Positions 27,953-36,902 of a stretch of 64,000 bases of DNA are shown here, one piece after another. The number at the start of each line of letters is the position of its first letter. Position 1 is the first letter of the stretch. The notes below the pieces were generated by a model. The model was not told the DNA's origin, searched no databases, and was given only the letters and a program-made list of their open reading frames with translations. The DNA comes from an uncultured Acidobacteriaceae bacterium (lineage in GTDB: Bacteria > Acidobacteriota > Terriglobia > Terriglobales > Acidobacteriaceae), in the NCBI GenBank assembly GCA_963782505.1, contig CAWAKG010000023.1:10409-74408 (forward strand), given 5' to 3'. A program made the translations under genes and the position numbers.

Positions 27953-28873
27953 ATGACGCTGCTGGATATCGTCTCCAAGTTTGACTCCGATGACCGCTGC
28001 CGTGAATTGTTAGAGCGCCTGCGCTGGCCGCTCGGCCCGGAGTGCATTCGCTGCCATACTCAAGAACTGGCGCGGCTCAATAGCAAACTGTTCTACTGTA
28101 AAGCCTGCGACTATCAGTTTACCGTAACTGCAAACACGATCTTCCATGATTCTCACTTGCCGCTGATTAAGTGGTTTGTTGCGGTCATCCTGCTTTGCCA
28201 AGCCAAGAAAGGCATGAGCGCCCATCAACTCAAGCGAACCCTGTGGGGCGTCAATAAAGGCTCGTATCAAACTGCATGGTATCTCTGCCATCGCATACGT
28301 CGCGCCATGAAGCAGGTACAACAGTCCGCGATGGCTGGTACTTGCGAAATGGACGAAACCTATATCGGCGGTTGTCATAAGGGTGCTGGCCTTCGCGGAC
28401 GTGGCGCTGGCAAGGAAACCGTCATTGGCATCCGGCAACGTGATGGTGGTCTGCGCTTCTTCCACGCTCAGGACGTGAAGTCTGGAACGCTGGCGGCCTA
28501 CATCAAGGAGAACGTCAGCACTGACGTGGAAGTTATCGTTACCGACGATTTCGCTTCCTATCCGTTCGCCATGACGAAGGCGGGAGTCGAAGCTGGAAAG
28601 CACAAGCGTATCAATCACAGTAGCGGAGTGTATGTCGATGGGGAGGTCCATACTAACTCAATCGAATCCGCCTTCTCGCTGCTCAAGCGCGGCATAGTCG
28701 GAAGCTGGCACAAGATCAGCGCCAAACATCTTCAAGCGTACCTTGACGAAATGACTTTCCGGTTCGACCGCCGCAACAACCCCAATCTGTTTGTAGATAC
28801 CTTGCGCCACATGATTACCGCTGACCCGATGACGTTTGAGGAGCTGACGGCGGACAAGGAAAGTGCTGCATGA
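27953..28873 (+). CDS. IS1595-family (ISXO2-like) transposase, second divergent copy
   Basis: Internal start MTLLDIV follows GGAGG. 'CIRCHTQELARLNSKLFYCKACDYQFTVTANTIFHDSHLPLIKW' zinc ribbon and 'CEMDETYIGG' DDE region. Confidence 0.85.
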   Translation: MTLLDIVSKFDSDDRCRELLERLRWPLGPECIRCHTQELARLNSKLFYCKACDYQFTVTANTIFHDSHLPLIKWFVAVILLCQAKKGMSAHQLKRTLWGVNKGSYQTAWYLCHRIRRAMKQVQQSAMAGTCEMDETYIGGCHKGAGLRGRGAGKETVIGIRQRDGGLRFFHAQDVKSGTLAAYIKENVSTDVEVIVTDDFASYPFAMTKAGVEAGKHKRINHSSGVYVDGEVHTNSIESAFSLLKRGIVGSWHKISAKHLQAYLDEMTFRFDRRNNPNLFVDTLRHMITADPMTFEELTADKESAA

Positions 28874-29343
28874 TGGCAGAGGAACTCACTGTTCGCTGTG
28901 ATTGCGGGCACACCATTCGACTCCCCGTGTCCAAGCCTCCACAATCAGTGATACGTCAACTGCCGTTAACCAAGGGCGGGCTGCCAAGAAACGTTTTATG
29001 TCCTCACTGCAACCGCGTGTCCGCCTATTCACCCGATAAGTTCCACAAGAAGTCTTTTCAAAGAACTGTCCGAGATCAACTCCGTGGAGATCAGGTCTGT
29101 GTTTGCATACGAATGCAATGCGGTGAACAAGGTTGCGAATCTCGGGTAAACATTCGACTGTCAATGAGAGTGGCCCGCTCTCAAGACATGCGAGAAGAAG
29201 CGTTGAACATGATCGGGAAAGCCACCCCATCCAATGTCGTGTGTGAAGACGGACACCCCCAATCCGTCTTTCGGGACGTTCTTGCGGTGTTAGTTGATCC
29301 GGGGCAGGAAGGTCTGGATTGGAATTCGATACCAGAGGGGTAG
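28870..29343 (+). CDS. Four-Cys-motif small protein (paralog of the IS3-disrupted gene), coupled to transposase no. 2
   Basis: 157 aa. The start overlaps the transposase stop (ATGATG/TGA). Motifs: 'CDCGHTIRLP', 'LCPHC', 'QCGEQGCESR', 'CEDGH'. Confidence 0.65.
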   Translation: MMAEELTVRCDCGHTIRLPVSKPPQSVIRQLPLTKGGLPRNVLCPHCNRVSAYSPDKFHKKSFQRTVRDQLRGDQVCVCIRMQCGEQGCESRVNIRLSMRVARSQDMREEALNMIGKATPSNVVCEDGHPQSVFRDVLAVLVDPGQEGLDWNSIPEG

Positions 29344-29431
29344 ACACGACGGCTCTTTGCCTCCTGTGCGATAATGAAGTCGCGCAGAAAGCACCCACAG
29401 CGGGCTCGCTGGTGGAATAACGGTTTGCGAT

Positions 29432-29470
29432 GGCCACGGCTAGCACCGTGGCCTTTCTATTTATGTTTAT
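29432..29470 (+). terminator. Rho-independent terminator after the transposase no. 2 / Cys-motif gene pair
   Basis: GGCCACGG (29432-29439), loop CTAGCA, CCGTGGCC (29446-29453), then TTTCTATTTATGTTTAT. Confidence 0.65.
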
Positions 29471-29501
29471 AGCACGGCTGACAAGTACTACACTTTCCGA
29501 C

Positions 29502-29828
29502 ATGACGAGAAAGATAGCTGTGTGCGTTCTGTTTCTGCTCTGCTGGATACCGCTTGCGAAGGCTCAAAAGCCGACTGCGACGCCGACTAACAACCCTCCC
29601 TCCGATCGCTACCAGCTAATACCTGTAAAGGTTGAGATTCAAAACGGAAACGGAGAGGTAAACACGCTGTTTCTGTTGGACACAAAGACCGGCAAGGTCT
29701 GGCGTTATCAACCCTTCTTCATGGGGAAGAACAAAACAACGAACGAGCAGCGGATTGACGACGAAGTGTTCATCCCGATTGGATTCGCGGAATACGTGCC
29801 GAAGGGTAAAGCGAGTCCAGGGCAATAG
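29502..29828 (+). CDS. Small secreted hypothetical protein (cargo of IS1595 no. 2)
   Basis: Internal Met of ORF 29430..29828. Signal peptide 'MTRKIAVCVLFLLCWIPLAKAQ'. 108 aa. Confidence 0.5.
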   Translation: MTRKIAVCVLFLLCWIPLAKAQKPTATPTNNPPSDRYQLIPVKVEIQNGNGEVNTLFLLDTKTGKVWRYQPFFMGKNKTTNEQRIDDEVFIPIGFAEYVPKGKASPGQ

Positions 29829-29847
29829 GAACCGCCAGGGGGTGCTA

Positions 29848-30729
29848 TTACGTGATCTCTTCTCCGCCTAGAGAGTGGAACTTCATCTCCCGATATTCTC
29901 GACTTTGGTAAGCAATTACTGTATCAACCCGCTGGCTGAACACCTCAATACGTTCGTCCGTTTGAGAGACAACTGCATTTGCCGCCATCCGTAGTAAAAC
30001 ATCGAGCCCTCTTCCCATATCTTCAGCAAACTTCATATCAAGCGGCAATACGTGAATAGGCGGTACATGCTCAGTCTTTAGAAGCACTGCGTTCGTTCTG
30101 CCGCCGCAAAACGCCCCGTAATCCTTCTTGGCTCGGTACATGAGATAGGAGATTTCCAGTAACCGAGTGCGTGGCGGTGCCATCCTAGAGAAAAGTGAAC
30201 GATAGAGCGGGTCGGTTGCACTTGCGCCAGTTCCGACTGCGACATAGCCGTAACTATCGTCCGACCAAGTATGCCGCCTCACCGTGTTCGGCGGCTCGCA
30301 GAAGTAGAGTGCCAATCCTCCACCCGCAACGGAGTCAACAAACGCCCCGACAACCATCTGAATAACGGGAGCAGTGCTGAAGGCTGATACCCAGCGCGTC
30401 ATTCTGTTTATTAGTACGTCCTCAACTTCTATAAGCGTCTTGGGGTCCATTTGCTCAAGATCGCGCAATATATGTGGTATTAGAGTGTTGGCCGCATTGC
30501 CGTCTGCCGTCGAATTGGCGATGACGTAGCAACCTGATTCGGTCACGGTGGAATGAACCTTAGTTGCATCGAATGTGGAACCGTCCGCCCCAACGACACG
30601 GGTATCGGCAGCGACGATCAGCCCACCTCCGCAGAGCACGCCTAAGGCAATGGTCACTGGCGGCAATTCCTTCCGCTTGAGCCGCTTTGCTAGAACTGCG
30701 ATTGCTTCGGGATGCGGCCTAATAAACAT
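29848..30729 (-). CDS. Proteasome beta-subunit-like (Ntn hydrolase, T1 family) protein with a C-terminal extension
   Basis: 293 aa. 'PPV-TIALGVLCGGGLIVAADTRV...DATKVH...YVAVGTGAS...RAKKDYGAFCGGRTNAVLL' is colinear with 20S beta/HslV motifs. Thr26, Asp42 and Lys57 correspond to T1/D17/K33. Confidence 0.6.
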   Translation of the reverse strand: MFIRPHPEAIAVLAKRLKRKELPPVTIALGVLCGGGLIVAADTRVVGADGSTFDATKVHSTVTESGCYVIANSTADGNAANTLIPHILRDLEQMDPKTLIEVEDVLINRMTRWVSAFSTAPVIQMVVGAFVDSVAGGGLALYFCEPPNTVRRHTWSDDSYGYVAVGTGASATDPLYRSLFSRMAPPRTRLLEISYLMYRAKKDYGAFCGGRTNAVLLKTEHVPPIHVLPLDMKFAEDMGRGLDVLLRMAANAVVSQTDERIEVFSQRVDTVIAYQSREYREMKFHSLGGEEIT

Positions 30730-30935
30730 TCAACCCCTCGAACAAACTTTTGTCAAAAGGATAATCTGTTTAGAGGTATACGGGGGGAGGGGGTACCTCT
30801 GGCATTGCACCAGAAGCAGTGCAATCGAAGAACACGCAGATATGTAACCAACAAGTTAGCACCGGTTGCCGCTCCGGAAGCCATCGCAGCGTTCGCGCTG
30901 CCTTCGCTGGCACCTCTCCTTTACACTGTTTTGCC

Positions 30936-32681
30936 ATGTCCAATGTCATAGGGGTTGCTCGCCGCTCTCTCTCCGTCGCTGTCGTTCTCGCCACGCTGGT
31001 TCTCTTTTCCTTTGCTGCCTTCGCCCAGGCGCCGCAGTTCTCCATCTCCTTCCCTGCCGCGCGCAGCGCGCAGGCGCTCGACGGCCGTATGTTGCTCCTG
31101 CTCTCCACCAATCCCTCGGAAGAGCCGCGTATGCAGATCGACGACACGCCCAAAACGCAGGTGGTGTTCGGCGTAACTGTCGAGGGGCTCAAGCCCGGCG
31201 AGCCGGTCATTGTCGATGAAAACGCATGGGGCTATCCGATCCGCAGCCTGCGCGACGTGCCTGCGGGCGATTACTACGTACAGGCGCTGCTCAACATCTA
31301 TGAGACCTTCCATCGCTCCGACGGCAAGACCGTCAAGCTGCCTCCGGATCGTGGCGAAGGCCAGCACTGGAACCTGGCGCCCGGCAACCTCTACAGCAAG
31401 CCGGTGAAGATCACGCTCGGCCACGGCGGCGCGCCCATCAAGATCGTTCTCGACCAGCAGATTCCGCCCATCCCTGCGCCCGTTGATACGAAATACATTC
31501 GCCATATCCGCATCCAGAGCGAGCTACTCACCAGGTTCTGGGGGCGCCCGATGTATCTCTCCGCCATCGTGCTGGTGCCCTGGGGATTCGACGAGCACCC
31601 CGAAGCGCACTATCCGCTGATGCTCTTTCATGACCACTTTGTCTCGACCTTCGACGACTTTCGAACGGAGCCGCCCGATCCCAACCTGAAGCCCGACTAC
31701 AGCGACCGCTTCCATATCTCCGGCTACAACCGTATTCAGCAGGAGGAGGCCTACAAGTTCTATCAGCAATGGATCTCGCCCCACTTCCCACGCTATCTCG
31801 TCGTCAAGCTGCAGCACGCCAATCCCTACTATGACGATTCCTACGCGGTGAACTCGGCCAACCTCGGGCCCTACGGCGACGCCATCGAGACCGAACTCAT
31901 GCCCGCGCTCATGAAGAAGTTTCGCGCCATTCCCGACGGCTGGGCGCACTTCACCTACGGCGGCTCAACCGGCGGATGGGAATCGCTCGCGGCGCAGATC
32001 TTCTATCCCGACCACTACAACGGCGTCTTCTGCGCCTGCCCCGATCCCATCGACTTCCGCGCCTACACCTTGATCGACATCTACAAAGACCCGAACGCCT
32101 TCTATCTCGAAGGCGCGCATAAGCGTGTCGAGCAGCCCGGCATGCGCAACTATCTTGGCAATACGCTCATCACCATCAAGGACGCCAACGCCTACGAGCT
32201 TGCGCTGGGAGACCACGGCCGCTCGGGCGAGCAATGGGACATCTGGCAGGCTGTGTACGGGCCGGTGGGGGCCGATGGCTATCCGCAGCCCATCTTCAAT
32301 AAAGAGACCGGCGAGATCGACCACAACGTTGCCGCTTATTGGAAAGAGCATTACGACCTGCGCGCCATCCTGGAGAAGAACTGGGCGACGCTCGGTCCCA
32401 AGCTACAAGGCAAGATTCACATCTACGTCGGCAGCGCCGATACGTATTTCCTGAACGATGCTGTCTACCTCATGCAGGATTTTCTGGAGGGCCCGAAGAA
32501 TCCTTACTACGACGGCGAGATCAAGTACGGCGACCGCGCCGAGCACTGCTGGAACGGCGATCCCAAGCTGCCCAACTATCTCTCACGCCTGCACTACAAC
32601 ACCATGTATCTGCCGAAGATCCTGGACCGCATCGAGAAGACTGCCCCTCCCGGCGCGGACTTGAAGACCTGGAGGTACTGA
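30936..32681 (+). CDS. Secreted alpha/beta-hydrolase-like protein (putative esterase/peptidase)
   Basis: Internal start MSNVIG gives signal peptide '...AAFAQA'. 'YGGSTGGWESLAAQ' is a G-x-S-x-G nucleophile elbow. Confidence 0.45.
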   Translation: MSNVIGVARRSLSVAVVLATLVLFSFAAFAQAPQFSISFPAARSAQALDGRMLLLLSTNPSEEPRMQIDDTPKTQVVFGVTVEGLKPGEPVIVDENAWGYPIRSLRDVPAGDYYVQALLNIYETFHRSDGKTVKLPPDRGEGQHWNLAPGNLYSKPVKITLGHGGAPIKIVLDQQIPPIPAPVDTKYIRHIRIQSELLTRFWGRPMYLSAIVLVPWGFDEHPEAHYPLMLFHDHFVSTFDDFRTEPPDPNLKPDYSDRFHISGYNRIQQEEAYKFYQQWISPHFPRYLVVKLQHANPYYDDSYAVNSANLGPYGDAIETELMPALMKKFRAIPDGWAHFTYGGSTGGWESLAAQIFYPDHYNGVFCACPDPIDFRAYTLIDIYKDPNAFYLEGAHKRVEQPGMRNYLGNTLITIKDANAYELALGDHGRSGEQWDIWQAVYGPVGADGYPQPIFNKETGEIDHNVAAYWKEHYDLRAILEKNWATLGPKLQGKIHIYVGSADTYFLNDAVYLMQDFLEGPKNPYYDGEIKYGDRAEHCWNGDPKLPNYLSRLHYNTMYLPKILDRIEKTAPPGADLKTWRY

Positions 32682-32934
32682 TCCGTTCACCGCCGATCAC
32701 GCTGCAATTAAAGCCACAACCTTTCTTAACACTCGACGGAGAACATCTTCCCACGCGCAGGGTTTCAGCCTGTGCGATCGAATTCCCGGCGCGGACAGAA
32801 GCGTGTATAACCAGTTCCACAAGAAGTTCGAAGAAGTAGTGATTCTCATGGCGACCTCGGGTTCGCCCGGTTGGACTCTCACGCTCTATATTCTGGCTGT
32901 AACTTTTCACCCCTTGTTCAAGGAGTTTCGAACC

Positions 32935-33351
32935 ATGAAGCAAGTTTTCCTGCGCAGCGCCCTTGCACTTGCCGTGGTCTTCGGCGGCGCCACCGCTTAT
33001 GCCCAGATGGGCGGCCCGGGCGGCGGACCGTATGGCCAGCATCAACCCATGTCGGCCGACCAGCACCTGCAAATGCTTACTCAGCAGCTCGACCTCACCA
33101 GCGATCAGCAGGCGCAGATCAAGCCGATCCTCGAGAACGAGTCGCAGCAGATGGAGTCGCTGCGCTCCGACACGTCGCTCTCGCAGCAGGACCGCATGAG
33201 CAAGATGCACGAGATCCGGCAGAATACCGCGGAGCAGATCAAGCCGATCCTCACCCAGGAGCAGCAAACCAAGTGGGAGCAGATGATGAGCCATCAGGGC
33301 CATCGCGGCATGGGTCCGGGCGGCGGCGCGCCTCCGCAGACCCCGCAGTAG
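32935..33351 (+). CDS. Periplasmic Spy/CpxP-like (LTxxQ-motif) protein
   Basis: Internal start MKQVFL follows AGGAG. Signal peptide present. 'LDLTSDQQAQIKPIL' and 'ILTQEQQTKWEQM' repeats. Confidence 0.6.
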   Translation: MKQVFLRSALALAVVFGGATAYAQMGGPGGGPYGQHQPMSADQHLQMLTQQLDLTSDQQAQIKPILENESQQMESLRSDTSLSQQDRMSKMHEIRQNTAEQIKPILTQEQQTKWEQMMSHQGHRGMGPGGGAPPQTPQ

Positions 33352-33415
33352 CAGGCGGCTGCCCCGTGATCTGCAGTCGCCAGCGAGGAGTAGTCGAACC
33401 AATGGAAAGCTGCGA

Positions 33416-34816
33416 CTACTTCCCTTTCTCTGCCAGGGTCGGCTCCAGCATTTTTCTGGGGTCGACCACGCGGTCGAACTCCTCTTCTGTCACGTAGCCG
33501 AGTTGCAGCGCGGCCTCCTTCAGCGTGAGGTCGTGGTCCATGGCGTAGTGCGCCAGGTGCGCGGCCTTGTCGTAGCCGATCACCGGAGACAGCGCCGTCA
33601 CGAGCATCAGCGAGCGCTCAACGTACTCGGCGATCTTCTTGCGGTTGGGCTTGGCGCCGTCGATCAGGAATTGCCGGAAATTCGTGCAGCCATCCGTCAA
33701 TAGAGTGATTGACTGTGCGATGTTGTGGATCATCAGCGGCTTATAGACATTCATCTCCAGATAGCCGCCGGCGCCGCCGAAGCCAACCGCGATATCATTG
33801 GCCATCACCTGGACCGCGATCATGGTCAGCGCCTCGATCTGAGTCGGGTTGACCTTGCCAGGCATGATCGACGATCCCGGCTCATTCGCGGGGATGTGCA
33901 GCTCGGCGAATCCGGCGCGCGGGCCGCACGACAGCAGGCGAATATCGTTGGCGATCTTGTAGAGCGACACTGCCAGCGTGCGCAGTGTGCCCGAGAGCTG
34001 CACCAGCGCGTCATGCGCTCCCTGCACGGCAAACTTGTTGGGCGCGCTCACGAATGGCAGACCGGTGATCTTCCTCACCTCCTCCGCCGCCGCTTCGGCA
34101 AATCCCTGCCAGGCGTTGATGCCCGTCCCCACCGCCGTTCCTCCCAGCGCAAGCTCATACACGCCCGGCAGCGCCGACTCGATTCGCTTCAGATCGTCGC
34201 CAAGCATCACCGCATAGCCGGACCACTCCTGCCCCAGCGTAAGCGGCGTCGCGTCCTGCATGTGCGTCCGGCCGATCTTGATGATGTCCTTCCACTCTTC
34301 GGCCTTGGCAGCGATCGAGTCGCGCAAAGCCTGCACCGCGGGCATCAGGCGCTGCTTCACACCCATCGCGGCGGCAATGTACATCGCCGCGGGAAAAGTG
34401 TCGTTCGACGACTGCGACATGTTCACGTGATCGTTGGGATGCACTGGCCGCTTCGAGCCAAGCGGCGTCTCCGCCAACTGGCAGCACCGGTTGGAGATGA
34501 CCTCATTCACGTTCATGTTGAACTGCGTGCCGCTGCCCGTCATCCACACATGCAGGGGAAACATGTCTTCATGCTGCCCGGCCAGGAGTTCATCGCACAC
34601 TTGCGAAATTAAGCGATATTTTTCCTCAGACAGATGCCCGCCCTCGTGGTTGGCGATCGCCGCCGCTTTTTTTATCACCGCATAGGCGGTAATCATCTCG
34701 CGCGGCATCAGCTCCGTGCCAATGCTGAAATACTTCAGTGAGCGCTGGGTTTGCGATCCCCAGAGTTTCTCCTCCGGGACCTCGATTTCGCCATGGCTGT
34801 CCGATTCCTTGCGCAT
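33416..34816 (-). CDS. fumC: Class II fumarate hydratase
   Basis: 466 aa with the '[13 protein letters not shown]' signature and full-length colinearity with FumC. Confidence 0.95.
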   Translation of the reverse strand: MRKESDSHGEIEVPEEKLWGSQTQRSLKYFSIGTELMPREMITAYAVIKKAAAIANHEGGHLSEEKYRLISQVCDELLAGQHEDMFPLHVWMTGSGTQFNMNVNEVISNRCCQLAETPLGSKRPVHPNDHVNMSQSSNDTFPAAMYIAAAMGVKQRLMPAVQALRDSIAAKAEEWKDIIKIGRTHMQDATPLTLGQEWSGYAVMLGDDLKRIESALPGVYELALGGTAVGTGINAWQGFAEAAAEEVRKITGLPFVSAPNKFAVQGAHDALVQLSGTLRTLAVSLYKIANDIRLLSCGPRAGFAELHIPANEPGSSIMPGKVNPTQIEALTMIAVQVMANDIAVGFGGAGGYLEMNVYKPLMIHNIAQSITLLTDGCTNFRQFLIDGAKPNRKKIAEYVERSLMLVTALSPVIGYDKAAHLAHYAMDHDLTLKEAALQLGYVTEEEFDRVVDPRKMLEPTLAEKGK

Positions 34817-34879
34817 GACGCTATGAGAACACTTTTGCGGGGTTCTTGCAGGGTTACCACGGGGCGGCGTAGGGATGCT

Positions 34880-35782
34880 CTACTGCTTCGTCTCACCTCC
34901 CGAGTTGTTCGTCGTTCCTAACCCGAGAAACGGTGAACCACTAGGGCCGGGCTTTACAGGAATCGGATTGCCGAACTGATCGGGAAACGGCAAGTACTGC
35001 GCAGGCGTGTTGCTTACCGGGATGGGGTGGCCTTGCGCGTCGGGAAAAGGCAAATACGGTTGCGGCTGGCCGCCGCTGCCGGTGAAGAGCATGGTGGCGC
35101 CCTTCGGCGCACTTTGTCCGGGAGCTCCGGTACTTGCCTGCGCTTCCGCATTCGTCGCGCCTGCCGGTTCAACCGGACTCACATCTGGAGTGGGCTCCTC
35201 CAATTCTGACTGCGGCGGCGGGGGAGGCTGGGTCGGAACGTTGCCAGGAAACGGATGCGAGTGCAGGGGCTTGAACTCGGGCGTCGGAGGCGCCTCCGGT
35301 GTGGGAACCGGCGCGCTCCCCTTCGGAGCGTGCCCCAGGAACGCGATGGAAGTCGCGCCCCCGTCGGCCGAGCGCGAGAACTCGTAGTTAACGTCGGTGC
35401 CTTCCACCAGCTTGGAGATCACCTGCCGCAGTGTGCCTTCCACCGACATCGCGGGCCCACGATACGTCGTCAGCGTCTCCGTGCCCGTGCACTTGATCTT
35501 CTGCTCGCTGCACACTGATGACATGACCGTGCTCAGCGGCGCCTGGTCGGGCACATTCACCTCAAGTTGGTCGCCATGCGAGGTGACTTGGACTGGCTGA
35601 GCCGCTGCTGACGTCGCGCTAGCGGGCACATTTCCGCTCGCTGCAACGGGCGTTGGCGAAGGAGTCGGGGCTGCCTGTGCCAGACAGAAACTGCCTAGCC
35701 CTACGATCAGGGCCATAAAAAGGCAAGCATTCGCGATTGAGCGCATATATCGCATGACACACTTTAGTTTACCTTCGATCAC
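34880..35782 (-). CDS. Secreted Pro-rich hypothetical protein
   Basis: 300 aa with a signal peptide ('...GLGSFCLAQA', true start probably MRYMRS) and a Pro-rich C-terminal half. Confidence 0.5.
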   Translation of the reverse strand: MIEGKLKCVMRYMRSIANACLFMALIVGLGSFCLAQAAPTPSPTPVAASGNVPASATSAAAQPVQVTSHGDQLEVNVPDQAPLSTVMSSVCSEQKIKCTGTETLTTYRGPAMSVEGTLRQVISKLVEGTDVNYEFSRSADGGATSIAFLGHAPKGSAPVPTPEAPPTPEFKPLHSHPFPGNVPTQPPPPPQSELEEPTPDVSPVEPAGATNAEAQASTGAPGQSAPKGATMLFTGSGGQPQPYLPFPDAQGHPIPVSNTPAQYLPFPDQFGNPIPVKPGPSGSPFLGLGTTNNSGGETKQ

Positions 35783-35892
35783 GGCTGATGCAGAAATGAA
35801 TTACGCGGCTATCGAAGTCCTACGCCCCATATTTGACCATCGAGCAACGTAGGCACAGCCGGACGCACCATCCCCCAGGAATGCATTTCTTT

Positions 35893-36792
35893 TCACGAAT
35901 TCTGCATCGTCGCCCGTACCTCGTCCATACTCCATTCCGGAATCGCTCCCGCCTTGCTGGCTACCACTGCACCGACGGCGTTGGCAAAGCGTCCAATCTG
36001 CTGCACATCCCAGCCCTGGCTTAGGCCATGGACAAAGCCTGCGGCGAACGCATCGCCCGCGCCGACCGTGTCCGCAATCTGCACACGAAAACCGGGTACC
36101 TGCGTCACTTGCCCTTCCTTCAGGATCGAGCAGCCGCGTTCGCCGCAGGTGACGCACACGATCTCCGGACCGAAGCGGCCGGCCCAGCGGCGAGCGAAGC
36201 CCGCGATTGAATCCTGCTCGTCCTCCTCGTCAAAGCTTGCGTCGAGGCACTCGGCCTCCCCATCATTCAGCTTCACCACCGTCGAGTGTGACGAAAGCTG
36301 CTCGATCGCCGTCAGGTTCCAGTTGTTGTCGCGAATGTTGACGTCGTAAAAGCGCTTCGCCGAAGGCAGCGCTTGCAACAGCCTCAAAGTCGAGCTCAGC
36401 GCCGCGCTGGAAGTATGGAAGAGCGTGCCGAAGTAGACCCACTGCGGATCGAGCTTGCACAGCGTCTGCAGATCGCCACGCGACAGCTCCACGAAGTCAT
36501 AGGCTGCGGGGCGCACGATGCGAAACGTTGGTTTGCCGTCAAGGTCCAGCTCCACTTCGGCGGTGCCGGTCGGCCTGCCCGGCAGCACGGGAATGAATTC
36601 CGTCGAGATGCCGAGGCGGCGAATCAGCTCCAGCGCACGATGGCCGCGCCGGTCATTGCCGACCGCGCTGAGCGGAACCACCTCGTGCCCCAGCTTTTGC
36701 GCATGGGCCGCAAAATTCAGCGGAGCGCCGCCCAGATGTTCGCTCTGGCCGATGACGTCCCACAGGATCTCGCCCACGCTCAGGATGCGCAT
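35893..36792 (-). CDS. PfkB-family carbohydrate kinase (fructokinase-like)
   Basis: 299 aa with an N-terminal 'GGAPLNFA' and a C-terminal 'DTVGAGDAFAAG' ATP-binding motif. Confidence 0.85.
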   Translation of the reverse strand: MRILSVGEILWDVIGQSEHLGGAPLNFAAHAQKLGHEVVPLSAVGNDRRGHRALELIRRLGISTEFIPVLPGRPTGTAEVELDLDGKPTFRIVRPAAYDFVELSRGDLQTLCKLDPQWVYFGTLFHTSSAALSSTLRLLQALPSAKRFYDVNIRDNNWNLTAIEQLSSHSTVVKLNDGEAECLDASFDEEDEQDSIAGFARRWAGRFGPEIVCVTCGERGCSILKEGQVTQVPGFRVQIADTVGAGDAFAAGFVHGLSQGWDVQQIGRFANAVGAVVASKAGAIPEWSMDEVRATMQNS

Positions 36793-36902
36793 GACTTAGA
36801 CTTTCCCGTTCGTCACAGATCGCTTCGATGCGCGTGACGGCTCAACTCAAACTCCAGACCTGTCCGAATCCGCGCCCTCCGCGCTCATCCGCGGTCACCT
36901 TC

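Larger units (their letters stand above)
27750..30768 (+). mobile_element. IS1595-family transposon no. 2 with cargo genes
   Basis: IRs are CGAGATTATCCTGTTGACAAAAGTTT (27750-27775) and AAACTTTTGTCAAAAGGATAATCTG (30744-30768). Exact 8-bp direct repeat TTTAGAGG at 27742-27749 and 30769-30776. Encodes the transposase at 27953..28873. Confidence 0.75.

Noticed and set aside
28886-29503. 205-aa minus-strand ORF overlapping the Cys-motif gene
   Set aside because: It has no motifs, spans the strong plus-strand terminator, and is antisense to a gene supported by a paralog and by translational coupling.
29848-30729. Anbu/20S proteasome operon
   Set aside because: The usual partners (alpha subunit, ATP-grasp, transglutaminase-like, AAA ATPase) are not adjacent. 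Only a solitary beta-like gene is supportable.
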